From an uncultured Actinomycetota bacterium (GTDB taxonomy: Bacteria > Actinomycetota > Actinomycetes > CAVWCF01), in assembly GCA_963753435.1 (NCBI GenBank), contig CAVWCF010000001.1, positions 704,554-768,553 of the forward strand: a DNA stretch of 64,000 nt, read 5' to 3'. Positions 26,052 to 37,356 of this stretch are shown here, piece by piece. Made by a program: the position numbers and the translations under genes. Position 1 is the stretch's first letter, and each line of letters opens with the position of its first letter. Below the pieces are notes generated by a model. It was not told the origin of the DNA and made no database searches. It worked only from the letters and a program-made list of their open reading frames with translations.

Positions 26052-26052
<1 letters not shown>
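25240..26052 (-). CDS. atpH: F1 ATP synthase delta subunit (separate, not a b-delta fusion).
   Basis: 270-aa OSCP-like protein placed between atpF and atpA. Confidence 0.75.
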
Positions 26053-26609
<557 letters not shown>

Positions 26610-26625
26610 TCAGACTGAAACTGGG

Positions 26626-26844
<219 letters not shown>

Positions 26845-26876
26845 CTAAGGGACGGATCGCTTGCGCGGTCAGTCGG

Positions 26877-27674
26877 TCAGTGCTCCTCGGCAAGTGCGCC
26901 TTGGATGTACAGAGCGGTGAGCAGGGTGAAGATGTAAGCCTGAAGCAGTTGCACCAAAGCCTCGAAGAAGGTCATGACGATCGCCATGCCGAAGGCGAAC
27001 GGGCTGAGGAGTTTGGGTAGCAGTTCCTGGCTTTCGAGGAGCATGTACTCCCCGCCCAGGATGAAGACGAGCAGCAGCAGGTGGCCGGCGAACATGTTGG
27101 CGAACAGACGCAAGGACAGCGTCAGCGGCCGGACCAGGATGTTGCTCACGAACTCGATCGGGATCAGCAGCGGGTAGATCCACGCCGGCAGCCCGGGGAT
27201 GTACACCACGTCCTTGGCGTACCGCGCGAAACCCTTGCGACGGATACCAGCGGCGTTGTAGACGACCCACACGACCGTGGCCAGCGCCACCGGGAACGCG
27301 ATGCGCGCCATGGTCGGGAACTGGATCAGCGGGACGATGCCGAACAGGTTGTTCAGGTAGATGAACGTGAACAACGTCACCAGCAAGGGCACGTACTTGG
27401 CGTAGTCCTTGCTGCCGAGGACATCGCGACCGATGCTGTTGCGGATGCCGAAGTACACCGACTCGGCCGCGAACTGGAACTTGCCCGGGACCAACTGCAT
27501 GCGCCGCGCGGCGAGGATGAAGAACAGGGAGATCAGCAGCACGGAGAAGAACAACTGCACGACCGGCTTGGTGATCTCGTACCCGGCGAAGGTGAAGATC
27601 GCGGGATACTCGAAGGCACTCGGCCCGGGGCCGACGAAGCCCTCGCCCTCACTCATCAGCAGGCTGATGCGCAC
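26877..27674 (-). CDS. atpB: F0 ATP synthase subunit a.
   Basis: Polytopic membrane protein with the LSLRLFANMFAGH motif. Start may be the internal ATG at 27656. Confidence 0.85.
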   Translation of the reverse strand: MRISLLMSEGEGFVGPGPSAFEYPAIFTFAGYEITKPVVQLFFSVLLISLFFILAARRMQLVPGKFQFAAESVYFGIRNSIGRDVLGSKDYAKYVPLLVTLFTFIYLNNLFGIVPLIQFPTMARIAFPVALATVVWVVYNAAGIRRKGFARYAKDVVYIPGLPAWIYPLLIPIEFVSNILVRPLTLSLRLFANMFAGHLLLLVFILGGEYMLLESQELLPKLLSPFAFGMAIVMTFFEALVQLLQAYIFTLLTALYIQGALAEEH

Positions 27675-27734
27675 ACGCGTCCTCTCGGGTACTCATCTTC
27701 GCAACCATCGGTGGGGCCTGGCGTTGCTGCCGGT

Positions 27735-28007
27735 TCACCCGCGCGTGCGCAGGTAGACCACGTAGAACGCCGCACCTGTTCCGACCAGCAGTCCGATCAA
27801 GGTCAGGAACGAGGTCCCCAGCCATCGATCAGCCAGCCAGCCGACCCCGCCCCAAACGATCATGCCGCTGAGGAGGGTCGCTGTGATGCCCCAGGGATCC
27901 CCACCAGCGGGGGGTGTGCCACCGTCGGACGGATCGCCCTGGCTCATCGGCGCGCGAATGTACCAGCGCTTGGGAACGGTTTCACAATCGGGTCTGGCCG
28001 CCCTCAT
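27735..28007 (-). CDS. Small AtpZ/AtpI-family membrane protein associated with the atp operon.
   Basis: 90 aa (or about 70 aa from the internal MSQGDP start). Two hydrophobic helices. Directly upstream of atpB, overlapping the next ORF by 26 bp. Confidence 0.45.
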   Translation of the reverse strand: MRAARPDCETVPKRWYIRAPMSQGDPSDGGTPPAGGDPWGITATLLSGMIVWGGVGWLADRWLGTSFLTLIGLLVGTGAAFYVVYLRTRG

Positions 28008-28431
28008 CCGAGCCCCCGCCGGGCGCCTGCTCCGGGCTGGACACCAGCGTGAACTGCGCGGACAGGAAGGCCCGCATCTCGGCGATCAGCCAGACCACCG
28101 CGCAGGCCAGAGTGGTCAGGCCGAACGCCTGGACGTCGAAAAGGCTGGTGTCCCGGAACACCACCAACATCAGCGCCAGGGCAAGAATCTTGACGACGTA
28201 GCTGAGCAGTGCCCCGCCCAGAGCGTTCATGGGATCGGAGTGCGCAGTCCACTTCATGACCAGCAGGGACAGCCCGAAGAACCCGATTACGAGGCCGACG
28301 CCCAGCACGGCCCCGATCACCCCGTCCAGGCCGCGAACCCAACCCGCCACCGCGACCGCGACGGCCCCGGCGATGACGGTGGGAATGGCCGAGCCCCACC
28401 AAAGCCGTCGCCAGGCGTCCGTCTCGTTCAT
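27982..28431 (-). CDS. atpI: ATP synthase protein I-like membrane protein.
   Basis: 149-aa protein with four predicted TM helices at the head of the atp operon. Start overlaps the wecA stop. Confidence 0.55.
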   Translation of the reverse strand: MNETDAWRRLWWGSAIPTVIAGAVAVAVAGWVRGLDGVIGAVLGVGLVIGFFGLSLLVMKWTAHSDPMNALGGALLSYVVKILALALMLVVFRDTSLFDVQAFGLTTLACAVVWLIAEMRAFLSAQFTLVSSPEQAPGGGSDEGGQTRL

Positions 28432-29519
28432 GCCGGGACCGTCTCACGGGGAGCGCGGATCAGCGCAATCAACGCGACGACGGCCAGACCGACCCCGGCC
28501 AACGCCGGGCCCATGGGCAGGAACGACAACGCCAGCGCCCCGTAGGCGATGAGCGCCGTCCAGGCGTACATGAGCAGGACAGCCCGCCGCTGGGAGTGAC
28601 CGAGCTCGAGCAGGCGGTGATGCAGGTGCTCCTTGTCCGCGGTGAACGGGGAGCGCCCCGCCCGGGTCCGGCGCAGCACCGCCAGGCCCAGATCCAGGAA
28701 CGGCACGGCCAGCACGGCCAACGGCAGAAGCAGCGGTAGGAGCGCCGGGAACAACTGCACGCCGTCGAACAACTGGTAGTCGACCCGACCGGTGAGAGAA
28801 ATCGTGGACGCAGCCAGCAGCAGACCGATCAGCATCGACCCGGTGTCCCCCATGAATATGCGGGCCGGAAAGAAGTTGTGCATCAGGAAACCGGCACACA
28901 GCCCGACCAAGGCGGCCGAGATCAGCGTCGGCGTCAAGGCCCGCTCGATGCCGTTCTGGACGCTGAGCAGATAACTGAAGCCGAACGTGGCACTGGCGGC
29001 GATCGCAACGATGCCGGCCGCGAGCCCGTCCAGGCCGTCCACGAAGTTCACCGCGTTCACGACCACCAGCACGATGACGATCGCTACGACGCTGCCGGTC
29101 AGTGGGTCCAAAGCGATGGTCTGCCCCGGCAACGGCAGCCAGACCAACTGGATGCCCTGGACCACCATCACCCCGGCGGCGAAGGCCTGGCCGCAGAGTT
29201 TGGTCAGGGCGTCCAAACCCCAACGGTCATCGGCAGCTCCCAGCGCGGCGATCAGGGCGGCACCGGACAGCAGGGCCCGGATGTCGTCACCCTCGGCAAA
29301 GACCGACGACAGCAGGGGCAACTGGCTGGCCACCACCACGCAGGCGAAGAGACCCGCCAGCATCGCGGCGCCGCCGAGTCGCGGCACCGGAACATCATGG
29401 ACGTCGCGGTCGCGAACCTCCGCAAGCACGCCACGCCGTTCGGCGATCTGCCGAACCAGCCCGGCGCTCAGCATCACCGTGACCACGGCGATGAGGGCGA
29501 CGAGCAGGTACTCGCGCAC
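28428..29519 (-). CDS. wecA: UDP-GlcNAc:undecaprenyl-phosphate GlcNAc-1-phosphate transferase (WecA/Rfe, MraY-like GT4 family).
   Basis: Polytopic membrane protein with the VVVNAVNFVDGLDGLAAG motif characteristic of MraY/WecA. 363 aa. Confidence 0.8.
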   Translation of the reverse strand: MREYLLVALIAVVTVMLSAGLVRQIAERRGVLAEVRDRDVHDVPVPRLGGAAMLAGLFACVVVASQLPLLSSVFAEGDDIRALLSGAALIAALGAADDRWGLDALTKLCGQAFAAGVMVVQGIQLVWLPLPGQTIALDPLTGSVVAIVIVLVVVNAVNFVDGLDGLAAGIVAIAASATFGFSYLLSVQNGIERALTPTLISAALVGLCAGFLMHNFFPARIFMGDTGSMLIGLLLAASTISLTGRVDYQLFDGVQLFPALLPLLLPLAVLAVPFLDLGLAVLRRTRAGRSPFTADKEHLHHRLLELGHSQRRAVLLMYAWTALIAYGALALSFLPMGPALAGVGLAVVALIALIRAPRETVPA

Positions 29520-29522
29520 CGA

Positions 29523-30809
29523 TCAGGGGCGCGCGTACGCGGGGTGGGCGGTAACCAGCGATCGGACCGACTCGCGGATCTCCGCAGCCGCCGAACCGTC
29601 GGCATCGCGGACGGCCGCGCCGATCAGTTGGGCCACATCCTTCATTTCGGTCTCAGTCATGCCCTGCGTCGTAACGGCTGGCGTCCCCACCCGGATTCCG
29701 CTGGCCACCATCGGTGGTTGCGGGTCGTTGGGGATCGCGTTCTTGTTGAGCGTGATGCCAGCCGCATCGCAGCGGGCTTCCGCGTCGGTGCCGGTCACGC
29801 CCAGCGGTTGCAGGTCGATGAGGGCCAGGTGCGTGTCGGTGCCGCCGGAAACCGGGCGCATTCCCTCCGCCGCCAGGCCGTCGGCCAGCGCCTGGGCGTT
29901 GCGAATCACCTGCTGCGCGTAGGCGGCGTATTCGGGCTGTGCCGCCTCTTTCAGGGCCACCGCCTTGGCTGCCACCGCGTGCATCAAGGGCCCACCCTGG
30001 GTGAACGGGAAGACGGCCTTGTCGATGGCCTTGGCGTGTTCAGCCCGGCTGACGATCATCCCGCCGCGCGGACCGCGCAGCACCTTGTGGGTGGTGAAGC
30101 AAACGACGTCGGCGTGCGGGACCGGTGAGGGGATCGCCTTACCCGCCACCAGGCCGATGAAGTGCGCTGCGTCCACCATGAGGATGGCGCCCACCTCGTC
30201 GGCGATCGCCCGAAACGCCGCGAAGTCGATCAACCGCGGGTACGCCGTGGCCCCACAGATGATCATTCGCGGCTGGTGCGCCCGGGCCAGATCGCGGACC
30301 TGGTCATAGTCGATGATCTCGGAATCGGCGTCCACGCCGTAGGAGACGGTGTTGAACCACTTGCCGGAGAAGTTCACCTTGGAGCCGTGCGTCAGGTGGC
30401 CTCCGTGCGGCAAGGACATCGCCAACACGGTGTCCCCGGGCGAACAGAACGCCGCATAGGCGGCCAGGTTCGCGCTGGCGCCGGAGTGCGGCTGCAGGTT
30501 GGCGTGTTCGGCGCCGAACAACTCCTTGGCTCGGGCGATGCCGATTTCCTCCGCCCGGTCCACGTCCGCGCAACCGCCGTAATACCGGCGTCCCGGGTAG
30601 CCCTCGGCGTACTTGTTGGAAAGCGTCGACCCGAGGGCGGCCAATACCGCCGGCGAGGTGAAGTTCTCGCTCGCGATGAGTTGCAGTCCGCCACGAAGGC
30701 GCTCCAACTCGTCCAGGAGGATCGCGGCGATGTCCGGGTCCTCGGCCTGCAATGCGCCGAAGTCCGGGCCCCAGAAGGGCACCACGTTGGTCTCGGACTC
30801 TGCGCTCAT
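29523..30809 (-). CDS. glyA: Serine hydroxymethyltransferase.
   Basis: [32 protein letters not shown] (PLP lysine motif). Start set at MSAESETN. The track ORF extends to 30845. Confidence 0.9.
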   Translation of the reverse strand: MSAESETNVVPFWGPDFGALQAEDPDIAAILLDELERLRGGLQLIASENFTSPAVLAALGSTLSNKYAEGYPGRRYYGGCADVDRAEEIGIARAKELFGAEHANLQPHSGASANLAAYAAFCSPGDTVLAMSLPHGGHLTHGSKVNFSGKWFNTVSYGVDADSEIIDYDQVRDLARAHQPRMIICGATAYPRLIDFAAFRAIADEVGAILMVDAAHFIGLVAGKAIPSPVPHADVVCFTTHKVLRGPRGGMIVSRAEHAKAIDKAVFPFTQGGPLMHAVAAKAVALKEAAQPEYAAYAQQVIRNAQALADGLAAEGMRPVSGGTDTHLALIDLQPLGVTGTDAEARCDAAGITLNKNAIPNDPQPPMVASGIRVGTPAVTTQGMTETEMKDVAQLIGAAVRDADGSAAAEIRESVRSLVTAHPAYARP

Positions 30810-30886
30810 GTCGGCTCCTTTGTTCACTTCGACTGCCACATCCATCCAGTCCAGGCATCTGGCCAGTCGCGCGTGTCGGCGCGATC

Positions 30887-31561
30887 CTACGGGCCGGTGT
30901 CCGCCCCGCTGCCGATCGTGGGCACCACCTCAGCCAGCACCGCGGTCTCGATCGCACCGGTCCGGACCACGACCGGCCGCGGTCCGGTCACGTCGACGAT
31001 GGTGGACGGGACGTTGTCCATCACGGTGCCGGCATCCAGGTAGAGCTCAACAGCATCACCCAGTGACTGGTGCGCTGCGGCAGCGGACGTTGCCGGGGGT
31101 TCACCGGTTCGATTCGCGCTGCTGACGGCCATCGGGCCGGTCAGCCGCAGCAACTCCAGTGCCACGGGATGCAGGGGCATGCGCACGGCGACCGTTCCCC
31201 CGGCGTCGCCGAGGTCCCAGGCCAGGGAGGGCTGCTGCCGCACGATCAGGGTCAGCGCCCCCGGCCAGAACGCTTCGATCAGCGCGCGGGCATCGTCGCC
31301 GATCCCGGTGGCCAGACCATCGAGCGTTCGGCCCGCGGCGATCAGGACCGGTACGGGCATCTGCCGGCTGCGGCCCTTGGCCGCCAGCAGCCGGCCGACG
31401 GCATCGCCGGCGAAGGCATCGACCCCGAGCCCGTAGACCGTGTCCGTCGGCAATACGACGAGGGCTCCACGCCGCACCGCAGCCGCCGCCCGGCGGATGA
31501 GCGGTTCGCGGGAGCCCGGATCCGTGCAGTCCAGGATCGTCACCGTCGCCCCCCACTCCAC
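30887..31561 (-). CDS. tsaC: L-threonylcarbamoyladenylate synthase (Sua5/YrdC/TsaC family).
   Basis: [41 protein letters not shown] are YrdC-fold motifs. 224 aa. Confidence 0.8.
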   Translation of the reverse strand: MEWGATVTILDCTDPGSREPLIRRAAAAVRRGALVVLPTDTVYGLGVDAFAGDAVGRLLAAKGRSRQMPVPVLIAAGRTLDGLATGIGDDARALIEAFWPGALTLIVRQQPSLAWDLGDAGGTVAVRMPLHPVALELLRLTGPMAVSSANRTGEPPATSAAAAHQSLGDAVELYLDAGTVMDNVPSTIVDVTGPRPVVVRTGAIETAVLAEVVPTIGSGADTGP

Positions 31562-32412
31562 CGCGGGCGCCCGGCCAGGTCCGGTCCGGACTCCAAATCG
31601 GTCAGACCCACCTCGGCCAGAACGGCTCGCACCTGGTCGGCCTGCTGCTCGCCGTGCTCGATGACGACCCGCCCACCGGGCCGCAGCAGGCAGGCGGCCT
31701 GCTGTGCGACTTGCCGGATGACATCCATGCCGTCGATTCCTCCGAACAACGCCACCGCTGGATCGTGCTCGGCAGCCTCCGGATCGCGCGGGACCGCGCC
31801 GTCGGGGATGTAGGGCGGGTTGCTGATGACCAGATCGACGGCCGCCACTAACTGCGCCAGTGGACCTTCGGCAATGTCCGCCACCCGGGCGTGGTGGACC
31901 TGAACCGTTGATCCGGTGGCCAACAGTTCACGGTGCGCGGCGACGTTGCGGTGCAGCCAGTCGACCGCGACGGGATCGGCCTCGACAGCGTGCACGCTCA
32001 TGTCGGCGCGCTCACAGGCGATTGCTAAGGCGATTGCCCCGGACCCGGAGCACAGATCCACGACCGTCGCCGGGCTCGTCAGTCGCCCCAGGGCGGCATC
32101 CAGCACGGATTCGGTCTCCGGCCGCGGGATGAACACCCCCGGCCCCACCGCCAGCTCGATGGTGCGAAACGGCGCAGCGCCGGTCAGATGCTGCAGCGGA
32201 ACCCGCGCAGCCCGCTGCTGAACCAAGTGGTCGAACTCGCGGGCCTGATCGCCGGACCAGCTGGCCAGGTGAATCGCACCGCGGCGTACGCCCAGGACGT
32301 GGGCGGCCAACAGTTCTGCGTCCACCTGCGGGGAGGGCACCCCCGCCGACTTCAGGTCGACGGCAGCAGCTCGTACCGAGGCGGCAACGCTGCTGACCTG
32401 GGTGGCGGTCAT
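31540..32412 (-). CDS. prmC: Release-factor glutamine N5-methyltransferase (PrmC/HemK).
   Basis: [15 protein letters not shown] motif and the NPPY catalytic motif ([10 protein letters not shown]). 290 aa. Confidence 0.8.
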   Translation of the reverse strand: MTATQVSSVAASVRAAAVDLKSAGVPSPQVDAELLAAHVLGVRRGAIHLASWSGDQAREFDHLVQQRAARVPLQHLTGAAPFRTIELAVGPGVFIPRPETESVLDAALGRLTSPATVVDLCSGSGAIALAIACERADMSVHAVEADPVAVDWLHRNVAAHRELLATGSTVQVHHARVADIAEGPLAQLVAAVDLVISNPPYIPDGAVPRDPEAAEHDPAVALFGGIDGMDVIRQVAQQAACLLRPGGRVVIEHGEQQADQVRAVLAEVGLTDLESGPDLAGRPRWSGGRR

Positions 32413-33491
32413 GACAGGCCGCTTCGGGCAGCGGCATCGGCTTCAATGCACGCCTGGATCAGGCTGTCCAGGTCGCCGTCCAAGACGGCGTCGAGGTTGT
32501 AGGCCTTGTAGCCGACCCGGTGATCCGAAATCCGGTTCTCGGGGAAGTTGTAAGTACGCACGCGTTCGGAGCGATCCACGGTTCGGACCTGACTGCGCCG
32601 GGCCTCCCCGGCCGCCTCATCGGCAGCCGTCCGGGCCTCCGCCAGTAGCCGCGCCCGAAGGATGCGCATCGCTTGTTCCCGGTTCTGCAGCTGCGACTTC
32701 TCGTTCTGGCAACTGACGACGACGCCGCTGGGAACGTGCGTGATGCGTACCGCCGAGTCGGTGGTGTTGACGCTTTGCCCACCTGGGCCAGAGGAACGGA
32801 AGACGTCGATGCGTAGATCGTTCGGGTCGATCTCGACCTCGACGTCTTCGGCCTCCGGCAAGACCACCACACCGGCTGCCGACGTGTGGATCCGTCCGGA
32901 CGATTCGGTAACCGGGACCCGCTGCACCCGGTGCACGCCGCCTTCGTACTTAAGCCGCGCGTACACACCCTCATCCGGGCCAACGATGCCGCGGGACTTC
33001 ACCGCAACTTGTACGTCCTTTACGCCGCCCAGGTCGCTGTCAGCGCTGCTCAGCACTTCGGTCGTCCAACCGCTGCGCTCGGCGTAGCGCAGGTACATCC
33101 GCAGCAGGTCCCCGGCGAACAGCGCCGACTCCTGGCCGCCTTCGCCGGCCTTTATCTGCAGGATGACGTCCTTGCCGTCGTCCGGGTCGCGCGGCGCCAA
33201 GAGCTCGCGCAAGCGCTGCTCGAGAACCTCCCGCTGCTGGGCGAGTTCCTGAACCTCAGCCCGGAAGGCCGGGTCCTCACTTGCCAACTCCGCGGCTGCG
33301 GTCGCGTCGTCGTTCGCCCGAAGCCAGGACTCGTGGGCTGCGGCGATCGGTTCCAACTCGGCCGAACGTCGACCCAGGCGCCGCACCTTGGCGGGGTCCG
33401 AATGCACCGAGGGGTCGGACAGTTGCCGCTGCAGATCTGCGTACTCGTCGAGCAGCGCTGGGATGGCCGGGGAGAAGTAGCGATCGCTCAC
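32409..33491 (-). CDS. prfA: Peptide chain release factor 1.
   Basis: [19 protein letters not shown] motif. 360 aa. Confidence 0.9.
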   Translation of the reverse strand: MSDRYFSPAIPALLDEYADLQRQLSDPSVHSDPAKVRRLGRRSAELEPIAAAHESWLRANDDATAAAELASEDPAFRAEVQELAQQREVLEQRLRELLAPRDPDDGKDVILQIKAGEGGQESALFAGDLLRMYLRYAERSGWTTEVLSSADSDLGGVKDVQVAVKSRGIVGPDEGVYARLKYEGGVHRVQRVPVTESSGRIHTSAAGVVVLPEAEDVEVEIDPNDLRIDVFRSSGPGGQSVNTTDSAVRITHVPSGVVVSCQNEKSQLQNREQAMRILRARLLAEARTAADEAAGEARRSQVRTVDRSERVRTYNFPENRISDHRVGYKAYNLDAVLDGDLDSLIQACIEADAAARSGLS

Positions 33492-33572
33492 CGGCGACTC
33501 CCCCGCTCTGCTCCCGAACGATCAATGCCAACGGCACCGCCGGGATGCCCCCAGGCGGCGCAGGTGCAGGAG

Positions 33573-33782
33573 CTAAGCCTTCTTGCCGAACCGCTTCTCG
33601 AACGCGGCCACGCGGCCACCGGTGTCCAGCAACTTCTGCTTGCCGGTGTAGAAGGGGTGGCACTGGCTGCAGACCTCGACATGGATGATGCCGTTGGCAG
33701 CCGTGCTACGCGTCGTGAAGGTGCTGCCACAGGTGCAGGTCACCTCGGTCACCGCGTAATCGGGGTGGATATCGGACTTCAC
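33573..33782 (-). CDS. rpmE: 50S ribosomal protein L31.
   Basis: [27 protein letters not shown]...[14 protein letters not shown]. 69 aa. Confidence 0.9.
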   Translation of the reverse strand: MKSDIHPDYAVTEVTCTCGSTFTTRSTAANGIIHVEVCSQCHPFYTGKQKLLDTGGRVAAFEKRFGKKA

Positions 33783-33885
33783 TGAAAGCTCCTAGTCGGG
33801 CACCGGGTCGTCTTCCGGGGTGGAGGACGTGAACCGGAGCACCGGCATTCTGCCACCAGGCCTTGGTCCTGGCGAAATCGCGTTC

Positions 33886-35124
33886 TCAGGCCGAGATGAG
33901 CTCGGATCGCACCGCCGGGGCGGTGCGGGTGCCCCACCGGTTGTCCGTGAGCGATCCCAGCGCCCGTAGCCGGACGGGGATGAGCAGGGCCGCGTGCAGG
34001 AAGCCGTACAGGACGAAGAAGAAGAACTTCGGGTTGCGGGTTCGGTACAGGGCGTAAAGGCAGTGCAGCACCGCCATGATCGCGATGACCGTGAAGTAGA
34101 GGACGAGCACCTCGGGCCCGTAGAGGAAGGCCCGCACAATCGTGGCTGTGACGGCGATGGTGAGCAGCAGCGGCAGGAGGGCCTGAATGAAGACCTCGGT
34201 CGCCATCACTCGGGAAAGCCGAGGCAGGAACGACAGGGTCCACAGCAGCTCGCGGTAGTAGGACTTGTTCCAGCGCAACTGCTGGGTCAAGTAGCTGCGA
34301 ATGTTCGTTGGCGCGCTGGTGATGCAGTGCGCCTGCGGCACGAAGACCGTGCGGAAGCCTTCACCAAGCACCAGGTTCGTCAGATGTCGATCATCGCCGA
34401 ACGTGCACGGAACTCCGCGGAAGGTCTGGCTGACATACCGGGGCCAGACCCGACCCAGCACGTCGCGCCGGTACACGGAGAACGGACCGGAACAGCAGAG
34501 CACCGCGCCGAACAAGGAGTGGGCGGCCCGCTCCTGGTTGAACGCGACCCAGTAGCGCATGTCGATGAGCAGGGTGAGCAGGTTCGTCCGTGCGTTGGAA
34601 ACGCGGACATCGCCGGTGACCGCGCCAACGCGGGCATCGGCGAACGGCTCAATGATCGTCCGGACCCCGTCCGGAGCGATCTGGGTGTCCGAGTCGATGG
34701 TCATGATCAGGTCGCCGCAGACGTGCGGCAGCGCAGCGCTTTGGGCGTGGCGCTTGCCCCGATTCACGTCCGGCAGGTGGATCGTCCAGCCCGGCCGAGC
34801 CGAGTACTCGCTAAGCAGCGGTATCAGGTCCTCGCGGTTCGGTGACAGGTCATCGACCACGTGCACCTCGATCACGCCCGGGTAGTCCTGTGCCAGCAAG
34901 GACTCAAAGCACAGCCGCAAGTCATCCGGGTGCTCGTTGTAGACGGGGATGATGACCGATACGACGGGCCAGGATCCGTGCCACTTCGGCCGTTGCAGCG
35001 TTCGCCGCCAGGATCGGTGCGCCATGCCGACCTGCAGGACGAAGTGCGACACCACCAACACGGTGTAGACGATCAACAGGCCGTCGAGGAAGTTCTTGAC
35101 CACGGTGGCCAGTAGGCCGCTCAC
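33886..35124 (-). CDS. Processive family-2 glycosyltransferase (hyaluronan synthase / NodC / chitin synthase-like) with N- and C-terminal TM segments.
   Basis: VSVIIPVYNE, DxD-type motifs (VVDDLS, IDSDT), QxxRW processivity motif (QQLRWNKS). Flanking TM helices. 412 aa. Stop overlaps the start region of the upstream membrane protein. Confidence 0.75.
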   Translation of the reverse strand: MSGLLATVVKNFLDGLLIVYTVLVVSHFVLQVGMAHRSWRRTLQRPKWHGSWPVVSVIIPVYNEHPDDLRLCFESLLAQDYPGVIEVHVVDDLSPNREDLIPLLSEYSARPGWTIHLPDVNRGKRHAQSAALPHVCGDLIMTIDSDTQIAPDGVRTIIEPFADARVGAVTGDVRVSNARTNLLTLLIDMRYWVAFNQERAAHSLFGAVLCCSGPFSVYRRDVLGRVWPRYVSQTFRGVPCTFGDDRHLTNLVLGEGFRTVFVPQAHCITSAPTNIRSYLTQQLRWNKSYYRELLWTLSFLPRLSRVMATEVFIQALLPLLLTIAVTATIVRAFLYGPEVLVLYFTVIAIMAVLHCLYALYRTRNPKFFFFVLYGFLHAALLIPVRLRALGSLTDNRWGTRTAPAVRSELISA

Positions 35125-36794
35125 GACGCGATCCCTGAGGCGCTAATCAGATCCCGCGCTCGCTGCAGCAGCGCTTCCTGCGGATCGGTATCACCGACGA
35201 CAACGCTGGTGCCAATAACCCGACCACCAACGCTCAGTGGGCCCGATTGCGAACTCGCCATCAGCACCACGCGCTCGTGTCGGATCACGTCGCCGTTTCG
35301 GAACGGCCACTCCCAGGAGAGGACGTGCCACGTGCTGCCGCTAGGAGTACGGAACTCGTAACGCTGGCCGGCGACCCCGCCCAGATCCAACTCCTCGTCG
35401 GCGAGCACCTCGTTGTCATGGAACTGGTAGCAGGACGCCAGCGAGTGTGTCTGCAGTGCCCGTAGGGAATCGGTTGTGATCGAGTCCATCCAGATCGTCG
35501 GTGTCGAGGCGGCTGTCGCGCCTACGCCCACCTGCGGCCGGAACTCATACCGCATCCAGCGCGAGTCCCCGCCGAAGTAGGCGCGTGCCCATTCCTCTTC
35601 ACCAAGAGGTGTCACGGACTCCGCGGTGGCCGACATCCGCTGCACTTGTTCGGCGGCGCTGACGGTGACCGGACCACCCGCGGCGGCACTGCCGCGCATC
35701 TGGCCGACGGTGGCGATGTTCACGGCCATGATCAAGGCAGCACCGGTTCCCAGCGCTAGGAGCCGCAGGACGAGTTGGCGCCGGTCCGGTGCCCCATCTC
35801 GCGGTAGCTGCGTGAAGAGGGGGTTGTCGCCGAACCCGGCCTCTCGGATGGGCCGCCGAACCAGCCCCATCGGGCCGGCCAAAGCGAGCATGAGCAGGAA
35901 GGCCGCGTTCAGGGCCAGCAACCCGGCGACCGGGTGCACCAACCCGATCGCGGCATCCTCACCGACAGCTCGACCGATCACCAGGATCGCGACGATTCGG
36001 ACAACGTTGGCCATGAAGACGACCAACAGGCCCAGTGCGAACCAGGTGAGCCGGGCCCGGCCGGTGCCACGCAGAACGCTGAAGGATGCGGTGGCCACGA
36101 CCGCGAAGGCCGCCATGCCCCCCATCCCCGAGCAGGCGCTGGAAACGACGACATCGAAGGCGCCATCCGGGGCAGGCACCGTGAGCCGCAGGTCACCCTC
36201 CGCGGGCACCGGTGTGGCGATCGGGAAGACGTCCAGAACGCCGCGCACGGCCACGCCGGTTGCATTGGTCAACCCGGTGCTGACCAGTTCCAGCAGCGCC
36301 GCGTAGGGGACGGGCCAGGCCAAGGCGAGCACGGCGATGGACGGGGCGAAAGCGAGCAGTGACCGCACCCCGAACAGGAGCGTGAAGGCCGCAACTGCGG
36401 TGAACGGCAGCAACAGCAGGTCGAAGCGCAGCACGGCGAAGAAGTTGCCGGTGCCATGCCAGGACAGCAGCAAGCCGCCGGAAACCAGCAGGGCGCACAC
36501 GGCGGCCACGTACCAGTCCGCCTTGCCGTGGCGGGCGGTGGAGACGAAGGGGTGGCGGCGAATGGCCACAACGCTCAGCCCCACCGCGATCAACGGAACG
36601 ATGGCCAGTTCCGCCAGGGGCGACTGGTACTGCCACGAAGCCAGCATCGTCGCGAATGAAGCCGCGCCGGCCGCGGCCACGGCCACCCAGGCGAGCAGCA
36701 GGCGCAAGTGCGCCGGGATCAGGTGGGTCGCGGGCGGGTGCAGACTCAGCCCCGATCGCGGAGGCGTGATCGTGACGTCACGCATCACTGACAC
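35121..36794 (-). CDS. Exosortase/archaeosortase-like polytopic membrane protein fused to a C-terminal TM segment and an extracytoplasmic domain of about 200 aa (EpsI-like arrangement).
   Basis: About 8 N-terminal TM helices. Conserved-looking Cys in VVSSACSGMGGM, and an Asn/Arg pair in FMANVVRIVAI; both recall the exosortase signature. An extra TM (LVLRLLALGTGAALIMAVNIATV) precedes a soluble C-terminal domain. 557 aa. Assignment is from motif recognition only. Confidence 0.55.
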   Translation of the reverse strand: MSVMRDVTITPPRSGLSLHPPATHLIPAHLRLLLAWVAVAAAGAASFATMLASWQYQSPLAELAIVPLIAVGLSVVAIRRHPFVSTARHGKADWYVAAVCALLVSGGLLLSWHGTGNFFAVLRFDLLLLPFTAVAAFTLLFGVRSLLAFAPSIAVLALAWPVPYAALLELVSTGLTNATGVAVRGVLDVFPIATPVPAEGDLRLTVPAPDGAFDVVVSSACSGMGGMAAFAVVATASFSVLRGTGRARLTWFALGLLVVFMANVVRIVAILVIGRAVGEDAAIGLVHPVAGLLALNAAFLLMLALAGPMGLVRRPIREAGFGDNPLFTQLPRDGAPDRRQLVLRLLALGTGAALIMAVNIATVGQMRGSAAAGGPVTVSAAEQVQRMSATAESVTPLGEEEWARAYFGGDSRWMRYEFRPQVGVGATAASTPTIWMDSITTDSLRALQTHSLASCYQFHDNEVLADEELDLGGVAGQRYEFRTPSGSTWHVLSWEWPFRNGDVIRHERVVLMASSQSGPLSVGGRVIGTSVVVGDTDPQEALLQRARDLISASGIAS

Positions 36795-36855
36795 CTCCGC
36801 AGGCCGCTACTCCGATCGGATGAATCTTCGGCTCCTGAGGCACCTGACTTGACTG

Positions 36856-37356
36856 TCAGATGGCTGATTGCGAACCGACTGCCCCGCGGCGCCGCAGCCC
36901 GAACCAGGCCGCGGCGGTGAGCAGCATCGAGGCGGGCAGCAGGATCGCGATCGGGGCTTCCGGAAGCTGCGCTGGCGGAGCACACGACGAGACGGTCACC
37001 CGGCCCGAGGTGTTGCTTGTGGCTGAGGTCACATCGTCTGCCCGGACCCGCCACGCCTTGGCGTCCTTGTGTGCGGACACGTTCAATGCGTAGGCGTAGT
37101 CGGTAACCCCGGGCACGGTGGTGACCAGCTGCTGGACCGAGGTGTCCGACCAGCCGGAGTCCTGCCGCTGCAACGTAAGCACGATCTGCGACCCGGACGG
37201 GAAGTTACGCAGCGAGATGGTCCCGCTCAGGGAGTCACCCGCACAGCTTGCGCCCACGGAACGGACCTCTTTGGGTGCCGCCCAGGCGCTTGCCGGCGCG
37301 AACAGGGCGAGCGCAGCGACGATGCCAGCCAGGGCCAACGTGAACGCACGTCGCAT
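36856..37356 (-). CDS. Small secreted protein with a PEP-CTERM-like C-terminal sorting signal (putative exosortase substrate).
   Basis: Sec signal MRRAFTLALAGIVAALALFAPASAWA|APKEV. Mature part has 2 Cys and a Ser/Thr-rich stretch. C-terminus is LPEAP-IAILLPASMLLTAAAWFGL-RRRG: motif, hydrophobic helix, basic cluster. The track ORF starts 9 codons earlier, at 37383. Confidence 0.5.
   Translation of the reverse strand: MRRAFTLALAGIVAALALFAPASAWAAPKEVRSVGASCAGDSLSGTISLRNFPSGSQIVLTLQRQDSGWSDTSVQQLVTTVPGVTDYAYALNVSAHKDAKAWRVRADDVTSATSNTSGRVTVSSCAPPAQLPEAPIAILLPASMLLTAAAWFGLRRRGAVGSQSAI

Noticed and set aside
30810-30886. Possible glycine riboswitch upstream of glyA
   Set aside because: The spacer is only about 77 bp and lacks the tandem aptamer features. 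Glycine riboswitches control gcvT rather than glyA in actinobacteria.
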